From: Basidiobolus ranarum
Lineage: Eukaryota
Length of the DNA stretch: 20,000 nucleotides
Direction of reading: 5' to 3'
NCBI GenBank assembly: GCA_040143965.1
Contig: JASJQH010000004.1
Location: 50,575-70,574, forward strand
Part shown: one piece after another, positions 1 to 11,393 of the stretch
Layout: each line of letters opens with the position of its first letter
Position numbering within the stretch: position 1 is the first letter of the stretch
Made by a program: the position numbers and the translations under genes
Notes under the pieces: generated by a model
Told to the model about the DNA's origin: nothing
The model's database searches: none
The model's input: the letters and a program-made list of their open reading frames with translations, nothing else

Positions 1-3000
1 TCAAAGAGACCGGCTTGGGGGACGTTTCGTTCATAAGCCGTAACAGCAATGATGGGTGTATTTTGATTGAGGTTCTTAGTTGATTTGATCATTCGAGCCG
101 CGGTAAAACCATCAACTAGTAAAATATTTGGGTTAAATTAACATCGAATACTAAGAATATCTCGATAAATTAAACAGGAACTTACTGATTGGCATCTTGA
201 TATCCATAAATATTATATCAAATTTCACTTTCCCCATACAACATCTAATTGCCTCAGCGCCGTTGTAGCAAACAACCGAGTTGCAATGAAGTTTTTCCAG
301 AATTCTCTCCAGCAGTTTGGCACTGATAGCATTGTCATCGACAATGAGACACTTGGGACTGGTGCGATTGCCGTTACTAGCATTTCTAGACAATAGACCG
401 TAGCCGCTTTTGACGCCGGGTGGAGCGCATCGAATAGAAGATGCCAGTGACATTGTTCTTGGCCGTGAATGGTTGATCTGCGACTTTCCACACCAGGACA
501 TTCTCGAATTAGGAAGTGAGGAGGACATCGTTTCTCCAGAAATCTTCATTAATGAGGAATTCAAGACAGCAGGCACTGAAATGTTTCTAGAGTGTGCTGT
601 AGAGCTGGCAGGGTTTTGATTCTCAAGATTGGATTGAAAATTGATCATGCTATGTCTTTTCGTAGAGTCGGCAATAGCGGGGTCAGACTTCAGTCTTCTA
701 ATAACATCGTCATTGGCTTTAGCCAACACCTCCAGGTTTTTGTACGAAAAGTTCCCAAAATCTACCGTATTCGGCTCTGCAGCATTATTCTCAGAAGGCA
801 ATGAGTGTGACTCAGAGTTGCTCTTAGAGTTGGATTGTATGGAGGATCGATCGATCTCTGGCTCTGCTTCCGTAGAAAGTTCTGGATGTTCGCCAGCATC
901 AAAATGAGCCATGGATGCTCCTCTTCCGTCGAAGTAGTCCGTATCCTCAATACTATCCGGTTGAGGAATAAAAGCTGGTCGCTCGGTTAACAATGTATCC
1001 CACTCAATACCAGCAAAAAACGGGTGATTCTTGACTTCCTCTACACCATTCGCTCCTAATCTATTCTCAGCATTGGTGCACATTAATTGTTCCATCAGGT
1101 CACGTGCTTCGGGGGACACTTGCACTTGATCTTCGTGCCAATCAATATTCCGCGAGAGAATATTTTCAAACACCTTCTCTGGAGAGTCCGCATTGAAAGG
1201 TGGAATTCCGTAGATAAATTCGTATAAAATCACTCCAAGTGCCCACTAAAGAAATTCCATTAGTAGAAGGTCATCATATTAGAATATCAACCACTACTTA
1301 CCCAATCTACCATGGCATCTTGCACAGTACCCAAAATACTCTCTGGCGCGAGGTAATCAGGCGTACCAACACATTTTTTGGGTGCTTCTTCATCCTTTAT
1401 ATTTTGGATAGCTTCGTCGGTTAATAGTAAATTTCCAAGGGGAGTTCCTGGGATCTCCGACCCACCGATTCCACCTGCTGTGCTATCTGAGGCATTGCTG
1501 GTAATGGAGTTTCTTTTGCCGTCCAAACCATTCTGAACATGGAATTGTTGTTGGGCCTGTATAACATTATTTGGAGAATCCGAACTTGAGGTAAAGTCGA
1601 GGTAGGGGGAAGGAGGTCCATAGGAGTTTCTATCTCCACCGGAAGTGTTGACTTTTAAGGAAGTGGACTGGTTACGTCTATTGAGAAATCCAATTCTAGA
1701 TAGGCCAAAGTCTGTGAGTTTAAGATGGCCATTCTGGTCAATGAGTAAGTTGTCGGGCTTAAGATCACTGGATAATTGGAAAGAAATGTTAATAATGAAT
1801 TGGCTGAATAAGGGCTTGGCTCTGTAGGTGAGCTACTAACCGATGAATGATCCCTTTTCCATGTAGATACTCTAGGCCCAGAACAACTTCTGCTAAATAA
1901 TTTCGAGCCCATTCCTCAGGTAGCTCTCCCATGCCTTTGATCAAAGCAGCGCAATCACCACCATTTAGGTACTCCATGACCAAATATAAATAGTCCTTAC
2001 TTTGAAATGTAAAGTAAAGTTTTACAACGAAAGGTGAATCGGTCTGCATAATAAGTGCCTTTCTTTCGGCCTTGACATTCATAACTTGATTTTTGGTAAT
2101 CATATCGGATTTCTTCAAAACTTTGATGGCAAAATACTCCCCGGTAGTTCGCTTCTTAGCGAGATATACTGATCCAAACGCGCCTTTACTAATCGGCTTG
2201 ATGACCTCGAAGTCCTTAATACTGATTTGGGCGGATCGTAGCCCAGGGGTAGCAGGCCCGATAGTTGGAGAATAAGGTATACTATTCAATGAATTATCAG
2301 ACCAAAGTCTCGATGATTTTGGAGATCCAAGGGGGGATGTAACAGATCCCATCTCCTTTAAAGTCAGTCTCGGCCTTCTTGACCTTAGAGAGTTGCGTAC
2401 AGGTATACTAGCCACTTCTTTTGGCGCCGAGTTCTCCTTCAATTGTTCACTCTTTGGAGCGGATGGATCCAAACTGAATTCTTCAATATTCTTTTCATCA
2501 ATCAAACTTCCACCCCATTCCAATTTGATCTTGGCCTCCCATTGAGCTTCAGCCTTCTCCCCTTTTCTAATAGCGGAGATCATCTCTTGTGTAGCTTCGA
2601 GTTTCTCTTTAATAGACAGTTCCACATTCCGTAGCAGTTGCTCAATGTTAGGGTCTGCAGCAGAAGGAGTCCAAGCGGAAATCTCTTTCCAGTTAGGTGT
2701 ATTTTCTAACGGCTGGTCGTCTTGATTGTCGACTGCTCTAATTGCCAGACCGAGCTCCAGGATATATTTGGCAGATTTAAGGGCCTCTAGAGTATTCCTA
2801 TGTAACTCGATATCGTCTGTTGACTCTTGGATAGTATTACAAATTCCACATATCTCTGTTCGAATTTCTTGAAGAGAATCATCGCATGTTTGCAATTTTC
2901 TTTCGGCTTGATGGGTTTTGGTGCAGAGCTCTGAGTGGGTTTCGAAAAACAGAGGGGACACCATTCTTTCGCATATATGACAAAGAACATGAGGAGGAAG

Positions 3001-6000
3001 AGGTTGCAGCGGCATTGGGGAGCCACTCTGAGAGCCACTTTCTGAATAGTTTTCCCAGTTTTTCACTCTATCATCTCTGATCAAATGATTTCTTTCCGTG
3101 CCTACTGACTCTTCGGTATCAGGAGTGTCTACATCTTCAAAGTCGTCAACACCAATGGCACTTAACTGGGAATCTTTCCAAGAGTCCTCTTCGGTTTCAT
3201 TGACTGGTTGAATAACCCAAAGGGTATGCGAAGGTTCTCCATTGATATGATCCGAATACCCAAGAATTCCTTTAGCCTCCATCATGGCCCAACCATGGGT
3301 TTCCTTATTATCTTCTTCGTCTTTTCGCAGCAAAGAAAAACGAACCTCAATGGTTTGTGTGTCATCGTACAAAAGTTGTGAAGTTGCGATCGAGAAGATG
3401 TCGACGTCACTATCAGGTAAAAACTCGGATATAGAATGGCCCAGGAGAACATGAGGATCAGATCTAGCCATAAGAAAAGGGATTAGAAGCCTATTGATAG
3501 ATTAGACATGTTCGCTCAATAACCTACCCCATTAATTCCCTCCAAGCTGGACTTAAATAGCGGAGTCGAACATCATTAAGAGTCAATTCCATTACAATAC
3601 TTACACCTTGGCCTTCCTCAACAGCCCTGCGAAGTTCCTTGATGTCTTTCTTAGTCTTGGGATCGGAGCGTGGTTTTCTTGCTCGTCGGCGCTTCTGCTG
3701 TGGCTTGGATTCTTTCGATGAGCCGTGATGCGTATGTGGTTTCTCGTCCGTGGATCCATGTTTTTTCCCTATAAGTCGTTCTTGTTGGGAATATTCTTTT
3801 TCTAGCTTCTCCGCTTCTCGGAGCTGGATGCTGATGTTGAGGTATCCCATCAACGTCAATAATCGCGAAAACATATCTTTATGAGGCCAATTGTTTCGAA
3901 ACCAATCGTTTTGAATCCTAGTCATGGTGCTTATGTAATTCTCCATTTTCCCTTTGGATAGTCGAGAATGATCAATGTCGAGGATATCTTGACCTATGGA
4001 AATAAAATCCATTGCTTTTTGCAAGAATGGAGTAGGACAGAATGAATCCTCGGCAATGGGAATAACTACTGATCCATGCCGTTCTGACCGGAAAGAAGTG
4101 AGGCTCTCATTGCTAACACGTCTCTTTGGATTGGATGTAAAATATGGAGCTGTACAATTTTTCATGGGATTTAATAAAGATACATACGAATCTTCTTAAA
4201 AAGAAACCCTACCATTGTTGGAACCACTCAATATGTGTAGCTGGTTGTCATCGAATCCACTATTTCCCTGGTCATTCAACAGGTGTTCGCTTGTGGCAGT
4301 CGGAGCATCAGCCGCAATCATTCTGTGCGATCTTGAAGGACGTTCGCTATTGCGTGAAGCATACTCATGTTCGTAATCCATATAAGAAATTTGGCCAGGA
4401 GATGATGATAGAATAAGTATATCATTATTCTCCTCTTCACCACCATGGATAGAAATAGTCGGTGTAGAAGTAAAAGAGCGATTTTCATTTCTATTTAACT
4501 CGTTGTTTTCATTCTCATTATGGGCAAAGTTAAATTCATTCGAGTCGTGGGTGAAATGCACGGGTTGATCTTCTAAACTATCATCTGACACCAAGTCCAC
4601 ATCTTCCTCGTCTTCAACGTAATTTAAAGTTCCCTCAACAAATTGATTCAGGATCTCAATAAGTTCACGAACCAGCTGGTCACATTGCCTCTTGCGGTAA
4701 CGAATATCCTTCTCCAAGTTACGTTTAGACAGTTCCGAAGGAAGAGAAGGGAGCCGAAAGACTTTTCCATTTCCACTAGTTGAGCACCCGGAGTAAGAAA
4801 CGGCACGAGACATGGGTTCAGGCTCTGGTAAATGATTAAAGACATGGTGCTTCTTAGATTTGGAGGCTCGGTGTTTCTTTTTGGAGTCAGAATTGGTTAA
4901 AGTGATTGGATGAAGCTGTAAGCGTTTATTGCGTTGAAATTCTTCATAGGTTGAAGGAACATCAAAATTCATGGGTGTTTCTAGAAGCTCGTAGCAAATG
5001 TCAACTACCTGATTCCACCACACTAAGTATTCTCTGTTCCTCTTAAAGAAGTCTAGAGGGCGATCATATCCATCAGCTAGTGGAGGTTCGTAAATCCAAT
5101 TAAACCAATGTGTTTCTGCTGAAGGCTTGTGCTTGGACCAATTTTTGGATTTGGTGACCCTCGATTGATACAGCTTACTTGCATAAGGATATGCAGATGA
5201 CTGCAATAGTGATGATTTGTGATGAAATTCGTCGGATTGTAGACGATCTTGTACCCCACCTATGGGAGTCGCTGGTGCGGATGTCGAATATGAATAGATT
5301 GAGGGTGGATGTGTCGACTGAATATCTTTCGATGATTCTTGTTTAGAAGGAGAATAGGTGTCCTGCCATTTCTGACCATCTTGATTTGATTCTTTCGTAG
5401 AGCTAATATTCTCGATTCCCAACGCATTTCTTCCCCACGACTTCGCTCCATTATCCGCAAACGCTTTCGTTGGTTGGAAATTGATGGGCTTAACATTGCT
5501 TACAGAGAGCACTCGACGACGTGTTGTTTTAGGGAATTGGGAAATCACTGTTTTAGCCATAGGAAGCTTTATCTCGTCATCATTGGCGAAATTGGCATCA
5601 ATAAACGAGGCACGTTTGGATTTAACTAAATATCTTCCACTAAGGGTTGAAGGGGAATTGGCGAGATTGGTTGACGTTATTGCTAAAGGAGATGTAGGCC
5701 CTGTGCTCCATTCAGTAGGGGAGCCCTCGCCATTGTATGATGTAGTACGAATTCTTCGCCAAGAGTTGGGGTCAGGGTCGTTGGAGCTAGTACTAACGTC
5801 TTGTGCCTTACGTATATTCTCAGAAAACTTGTTAACATTCATAACAGTATCTATCAAGGATGATCTTCTAGATCTGTACCATCCCCTGCCATTGGTCAAG
5901 GGGCTAGCTACTTTTGGAGATAGCCGATTAGCACTATGCTCGTCTTCGGGATAATTCTCTTCCGTAACAATAGAGGAATCTCGGGAAGTCAAAGAGAGAC

Positions 6001-7150
6001 GATTAGGAGTAACTAACGGAGATCCGTGTGATCTTGGAGAATTAGACTTTTCTGTAAAGTTAAACTCACCAGATCCAGCTGAAGATGAAGAACGGCTCAA
6101 AGGACGAACAAGTAAAGGTTCAGGAATCGGAACACACCTGATTTTAGCACTGTCCGGCACTGGCGACAGTGAGAGTTTGGGCGACCTTGATAAGGAATCA
6201 TAGCTATGAACCTTCTCTTTTTCTGATTTTCTCTCTTTTCTTGGGTAAATTTCAGCGGACTTCTTGGGAGAATATGAAATACTTACTGGAGCTGTGGGCC
6301 CCGTAGAATTGGATTGCCAAGGAAAGTATTCTAGATGTTGTTCCTCGTCACGATTGTTCTCGTATTGGCTTTTGTCTTCAACAGGATGGAGATGAGAGCT
6401 GTGGTGTTCATTATCTGAAGAAGCATTGGAAATCGATTTGTTGCCTAGCTTGTTATTTTCGGCTATATGAGAAAGAGAGTCAACAATACGTCTCCCACTG
6501 TCAACGTGCATATTTGGTACGGATGTAGTTGTCATGGATGTAGTGGGTTGTAAAGACACGGTATCATTTTGCTTATCAATAAGTTTTGGCTTCTTGAAAT
6601 CCTCGTGATTATTAGGGCCTGAAAATCTGTTGGGAGAGAAAGATAGAATATCTCGGTTACTGTGATCATCTGCATTTGTACCTCTCTGGGAATCAGAAGA
6701 ATGAGTATTAGCCTCCTCTATCCAATGAGTTTCAGATTCAGAGATACCAGTAGTTCTTGAAGGAAAAGTGTAAGGAATATGTGGTGGAATGTCGCTTTCA
6801 ATGTCGTCATTCGGTTTCGTATCGTCCTTAGTGGAATGTGTGCCTTTGCTAGACAAAGAGCCGGACTTAAAGAAGTTTTGTATTCCAGAAACTAAACTAC
6901 TTTTCTTTGGATTCACATCTTTTTTTGAGTCTACATCTTTCTCTTTGTCAGTTTTACTGAATGGTTTGGAACCTAGCTTTCCCAGAAAACTAGTTGAAGA
7001 TTTGAGTTTGTTTTTTTTGGGAGACTTCGGTGGCATTAAGCCTTCCAAATGAGGGGTGTCGGTTTCTTCTGCTTGCTCAGTTGCAAGATTGGGAGTCGAC
7101 TTACTTTTGGCATCGATAAAAGAATCCGCGAACGTTTCGGGAGAAGACAT
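1..7150 (-). CDS. RIM15: RIM15/Cek1-like (Greatwall/MAST-related) AGC Ser/Thr kinase with PAS, C2HC zinc finger, split kinase and C-terminal receiver domain; 3' end outside window
   Basis: Exons (minus strand) 7150-4213, 4149-3528, 3463-1841, 1767-1302, 1245-186, 115-<1 are joined by phase-compatible GT-AG introns of 63, 64, 73, 56 and 70 nt, giving >2270 aa. Motifs: PAS (LRYLSPAWRELMG|SDPHVLLGHSISEFL), CHIC-x12-H-x3-C finger, ISKGAFGSVYL, AIKVLKK, HR|DLKPDN, DFGLS, a long insert, GTPDYLAPE, DW|WALG, AGC tail (PAFIP..DTDYFD), REC (LIVDD..DIIFMDIKMP..PIIAVTAY). ATG 7150 is preferred over 7177 because 7152-7254 looks like a 5'UTR intron (CTAAC..TTTAG). Confidence 0.93.
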
Positions 7151-7817
7151 GCTAAACAGGAATGAGGTTAGATACATTTGTTTGGAAAGTGGATAAAAAA
7201 TGAAAGGGATTAAAGTAGAGAATTATTAAGAATAAAGAATAATAAGATATATACCTAGAATATGATAAGCTTGGAATATGATTTAAACAAAATCAAGCAA
7301 AGGGCATCTCTTTTTTACTAACTTCACTCGCTTTGTCTTAGAGCCTTTATAAAAAGAGCGTTAAAGAACTCTAAACCTGAGACAAAATTCATAATTATTA
7401 CGATTTCCTTTCAAATAGGTTGAAGAAAATATGTAGATACCTTACAGAGAGTGTGTTAATTGAGAGAAGGTCAAGACAAACAGGAATGTGAACGAATACT
7501 AATTTCTTAAGCAGACAGACGATATTTCGCCCAAGTGCTCGGAATATAAAATAATGAAAAGAACAAAATAGAGGAGCCAGCTAACTAAAATATCGAGGAT
7601 GACCAAGCGTGTCAGCGGGCATTTAACAAGAGGAAACATCGATCTATCGAGTGATTGCCATATATGGTCGGAACATAGGATACGATTACACTTCCACTGA
7701 GAAACAGCCTGATCGGATTATTCTCTGAAGACGCCGCACAATGCAACCTTGAAGTTCACGCTATAGTGCCTCCTGTCTACTAGATCATGCACCCACACAG
7801 AAGCAGGAAATGTGTCT

Positions 7818-7832
7818 CTAACCCTAACCCTA
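7818..7832. repeat. Short interstitial telomere-type repeat (CTAACCCTAACCCTA, ~2.5 x TTAGGG on the - strand) in the divergent promoter region
   Basis: Read directly from the sequence, between the divergent starts at 7150 (-) and 8185 (+). Any function is unproven. Confidence 0.5.
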
Positions 7833-8184
7833 GATATTAAGAAGAAGTGTGTGAGATGACTCAAACATACCTCAATTCATGTCACTTGAGTTAGTTCTAA
7901 CACAATATTTAATGAGATTTAGACTAGGATCCTAAACTACTACTATATATCGATGATCAAATGACTTCATATTTTCACCATTCCCACCATTTCTGCCATT
8001 CTCACCACCACATACTATTTCATAGTCTCTGCCTAGTGATCGTAAAATCTTTGTTTACTAATTTATCATTATTGACTCATTCAAAACACACAACAAATTT
8101 TCTGATGCTATATTTCTATCTTCCTGCTACCATACAACTACTCCATAACATCGTCTCTTCTGTTTTCTAGCCTTGCATATCACA

Positions 8185-10650
8185 ATGCACCAAGCAATTA
8201 GCCGCTATCACGTAGATGCTAGGGACTCTGCCGCTGAGCAGCAGGTATACTATCACTGTTTGTTATTAGCCGAGGCTGCTTTTTTTCTGATGGATTTCAT
8301 TTAGCTCCGGAGAGGTCTGGACCTAGTCCAAGAAGCTTTTGACAATAAAGTTTTGCATATGACAGATGAGGTGAATCACTGGAAGCAAACTTGCAACGCT
8401 CAAAGACAGCAGGTATTACTTTTTTATTTGGAAAACCTCTGTAGCTTTACTTTAGCTTAACTTCTTTCCAGATAACCTTACTCCAAAACGAGAGTGAAGA
8501 GCTTAAACTTAAACTAGATGAAATGACCAAGTCTTCAACAAGCGTCATAGCTGAAAGACGAGCTCTTATGGTCTCCCGAAATGCTTTACTGGAGAAATAC
8601 AACACACTTCGCAAATGGGTTTGTTATGTCCACTACCTTAATGAATTAATTCAGTTTGTCCTAATTGATATATATTTCTTAGGCACTTCAACTTGAATCC
8701 TTTAAAAAGGTATAGTTGTCTTTTCTGAAATTGCCTTTATTACACGTAACTAAGATGAACTTTAGACTATTTTTCAAATGTTTCAAGAAGGCCCACAAGC
8801 CCCTATGTCCATATCTGATCTTGAAAAGACGTACTTTAGTGAATTTGAAGGTGGCTTGAGTTCACACCTTTCTGAAGATATCGCCCCTGCTACAGTTGTT
8901 GAGGCTCAAAGAGAGGAACCAGAGCCAGAACCAGACAGCATGTTCTTGGCTGAATACATGGTAATTGTGGAAATATATTTAGAAAAAAGCATATACTAAC
9001 ATCCTCATCAGGTTCCACAGGAGGAATACGAACCGCAATACGAAAATGAGGGTGCTTATCATGAATCTGCTCCTCAATTAAGCTCGTTCTTAGGTCATGA
9101 CTCAGATATAGCGGAATACGAGCCTAGCTCTCAAATACATCAATCAGAGAATGAAGAGCCAGTGGATTATCACTCTCTCCATCACTCGAATCATGATTTA
9201 ATCCATGTCAGTTCGTCTCAACCTGAACATTCAAGCTTCATGCCAGATCTCTCAGCTCAGCCAGAGAATCCCTATAGAGCCTCCGCTCTTGAAGGCGCGT
9301 ATGTCTCTAACTCGACCCCTCGACACATTGAAGAGAATATTGCTAGATCTCCAAAAGAAAATGCCGATTCTTTCCTTGGCAACTTCTCTCTCCACTCTGA
9401 TTCCAATTCAAGAGTGGAGCCATCCAAGTTAAACTCTAGTACTGGCCATAATCCGATTATATACGATCAAGATGATAGTTCAAGTGAGTCTGGCATAGCT
9501 ATCACCGCAGATATGAGGGACCAAACCTCTGATATTGATGAGCCCGAAAACTACGGCGTCGGCAATGGGATGTTGGACTTAAGAAACTCTCGAGAGATAC
9601 CTACAATGGAGCATTCACGCCAAAGTAATCACTCTCACTATTCAAGTGAACAGGAGCCTGTCAATGACAGAGCCGACTCGAGCCAGCACAATGATGACAT
9701 GGACAAGTCTATAGAGAACTCATATCAAAGGTCTACACCAAGTCAGCCGCGTCGAAGTAATTTTTCTGATCAAGTAAAGTTGGAAAACTCATACGAGGAT
9801 GGCTTGAACCATTCGACTTTGAACAGATCACATCAAAGTAATGCATCTCTCCACCAATCAAAGTCCCCGACCCACGTCTCCAAGCTCGACCTTTCAACCT
9901 CTAGTCGTCACAGTCAACAAAGGAGCTCTCCAAAGACGCCAAACATGAACAGTGAGTAAGATTCATGACAGAAATTTTCTATTCTTGTCCTAACACATTA
10001 TTCATAGTCTCGCGCTCTAGCAGTTCATCACAAGGTACCAGCAACAGCATTTGAATATTCACCCTCCTTGACAAGCGTACTCACCCTTTTGTGTGTGTTT
10101 GACAGCATCTCCTAAGGCCCAATCCCCAAAATTGGATCCGAAAAGCAATCACTTGACTGACTTTGCCAACACTTCCAATGGTAAATCCACCCACATTCAA
10201 TCCTGCAATAATCTTAAACTTACATTACCTTGAGTAGTCTCTCGAGCCTCGCATTCCTCACAACGCTCCAATGGTCATCAAGTAACCCCTGTTAGAGCCC
10301 CCACTAAGGCAGGCTCCCCTGATAGCGCCAAATACTCTGATGTCTCTGTTGCATCAATCCTCTCCACCTCTTCTGGAAGGAAAATGTCCAGAAAGGAATT
10401 ATATGGCGAAATCAAAAGAACTTTGGATCAGCAGGAATTCTCGGAATTTGCCAAAAGTATGTTGTCCCTGTATTTGATAGCCACGCCTCTCACCACTAAA
10501 GTAATACTTCTTCATATAGCTATCGATGATTTCCATGGCCAGCGCATATCCCTGCCTCAAGCAGAACAGCGCATGCAAGAACTTATTCATGATCAGTCTT
10601 TGTTACGCCCTATCCTTAAAATGCTAAGAAAGAAAAAAGTGGATGCTTAA
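8185..10650 (+). CDS. Coiled-coil protein, ~642 aa, resembling the At4g15545/NAIP family (N-terminal coiled coil, long Ser/His-rich disordered linker, small C-terminal helical domain)
   Basis: Ten exons 8185-8244, 8305-8412, 8472-8618, 8683-8709, 8766-8960, 9012-9951, 10008-10034, 10106-10180, 10238-10456, 10520-10650; all introns are GT-AG, 51-71 nt, and keep the frame. N-terminus EQQLRRGLDLVQEAFDNKV...LQLESFKKTIFQMFQE; C-terminus RKELYGEIKRTLDQQEFSEFAKTIDDFHGQRISLPQAEQRMQELI. The gene model is strong; the family call is from recalled similarity (~0.6). Confidence 0.8.
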
Positions 10651-11393
10651 GCACACGTCCAATTTCTCTAATGTGTACGCTGGCGATGTATTTTAGATGA
10701 ATTTTGTTTGTTGCTTCATATATATATATATACTATAAATTTCTCTTCATTCCGAAATAATCCAATCAAGAATACTGGAATTATCCGAACTGCGTTTACT
10801 TGGATGAACTTAGGATTAGTGCCAAGCTCTATTTGTTATATCACTTTGTCGATCACATGCCCAAATTTTCCTGTGCTACTAAATAAGGATGGAGCAGCAG
10901 AATAGGTTTCAGCATCAGCACGCCTGCACATACACCCATACCCACAATACGCAAATAGTATTGACTGACTCATTTACCATCTTTCTTAGTCATGTCTTTT
11001 TGTTGAAGCAATGATCAGCAGCTAATTTGTTACGCTTCCCCATTGTATGATCATGATTTATGGTATTTAGAGTTTCTCACGTGATCTACAATCCTTATCA
11101 ATCGATCTATCGAATGAATACATTTTTGGGTATATCATATATTTACTATTCTGTTTCGACTGCATATTGCACATTGAATGCTAGTAATTTTCTTGATATA
11201 AATCCACCATAGTTGCACAACTGTATGTTCCCGACTTTTGGGCATTCCCATGTATTGATTTTCCTTGACCTCTACCTATTTATCCGCTGTATACGTCGTA
11301 TCGTATTCTAGTTTCTCCAGTTTATCAGCTTCACTCCTTTGCACAAGAAAGGTCCACATACAGATTAATCCCATTTTACTGTTCAACATTAGT

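Noticed and set aside
225-7052. Many short ORFs overlapping the kinase gene (e.g. 641-907 +, 2093-2275 +, 5481-5954 +, 6789-7052 +)
   Set aside because: Antisense or off-frame shadows of RIM15 exons with no independent motifs.
7151-7177. ORF-track start MYLTSFLFS at 7177
   Set aside because: Overlaps a branch point/pyrimidine tract/AG (CTAAC..TTTAG) of a probable 5'UTR intron; ATG 7150 is more plausible.
7961-8170. His-rich 69-aa ORF (MTSYFHHSHHFCHSHHH...)
   Set aside because: Arises from CCA/CAT-rich low-complexity promoter/5'UTR sequence of the 8185 gene; no other coding evidence.
11077-11084. TCACGTGA E-box upstream of the PDK/BCKDK gene
   Set aside because: A single 8-mer; plausible bHLH site but not supportable alone.
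7638-11113. Identical 13-mer ATCGATCTATCGA at 7638-7650 and 11101-11113, both in upstream regions
   Set aside because: A few 13-mer matches are expected by chance in 20 kb; it needs a genome-wide enrichment test before being called a motif.
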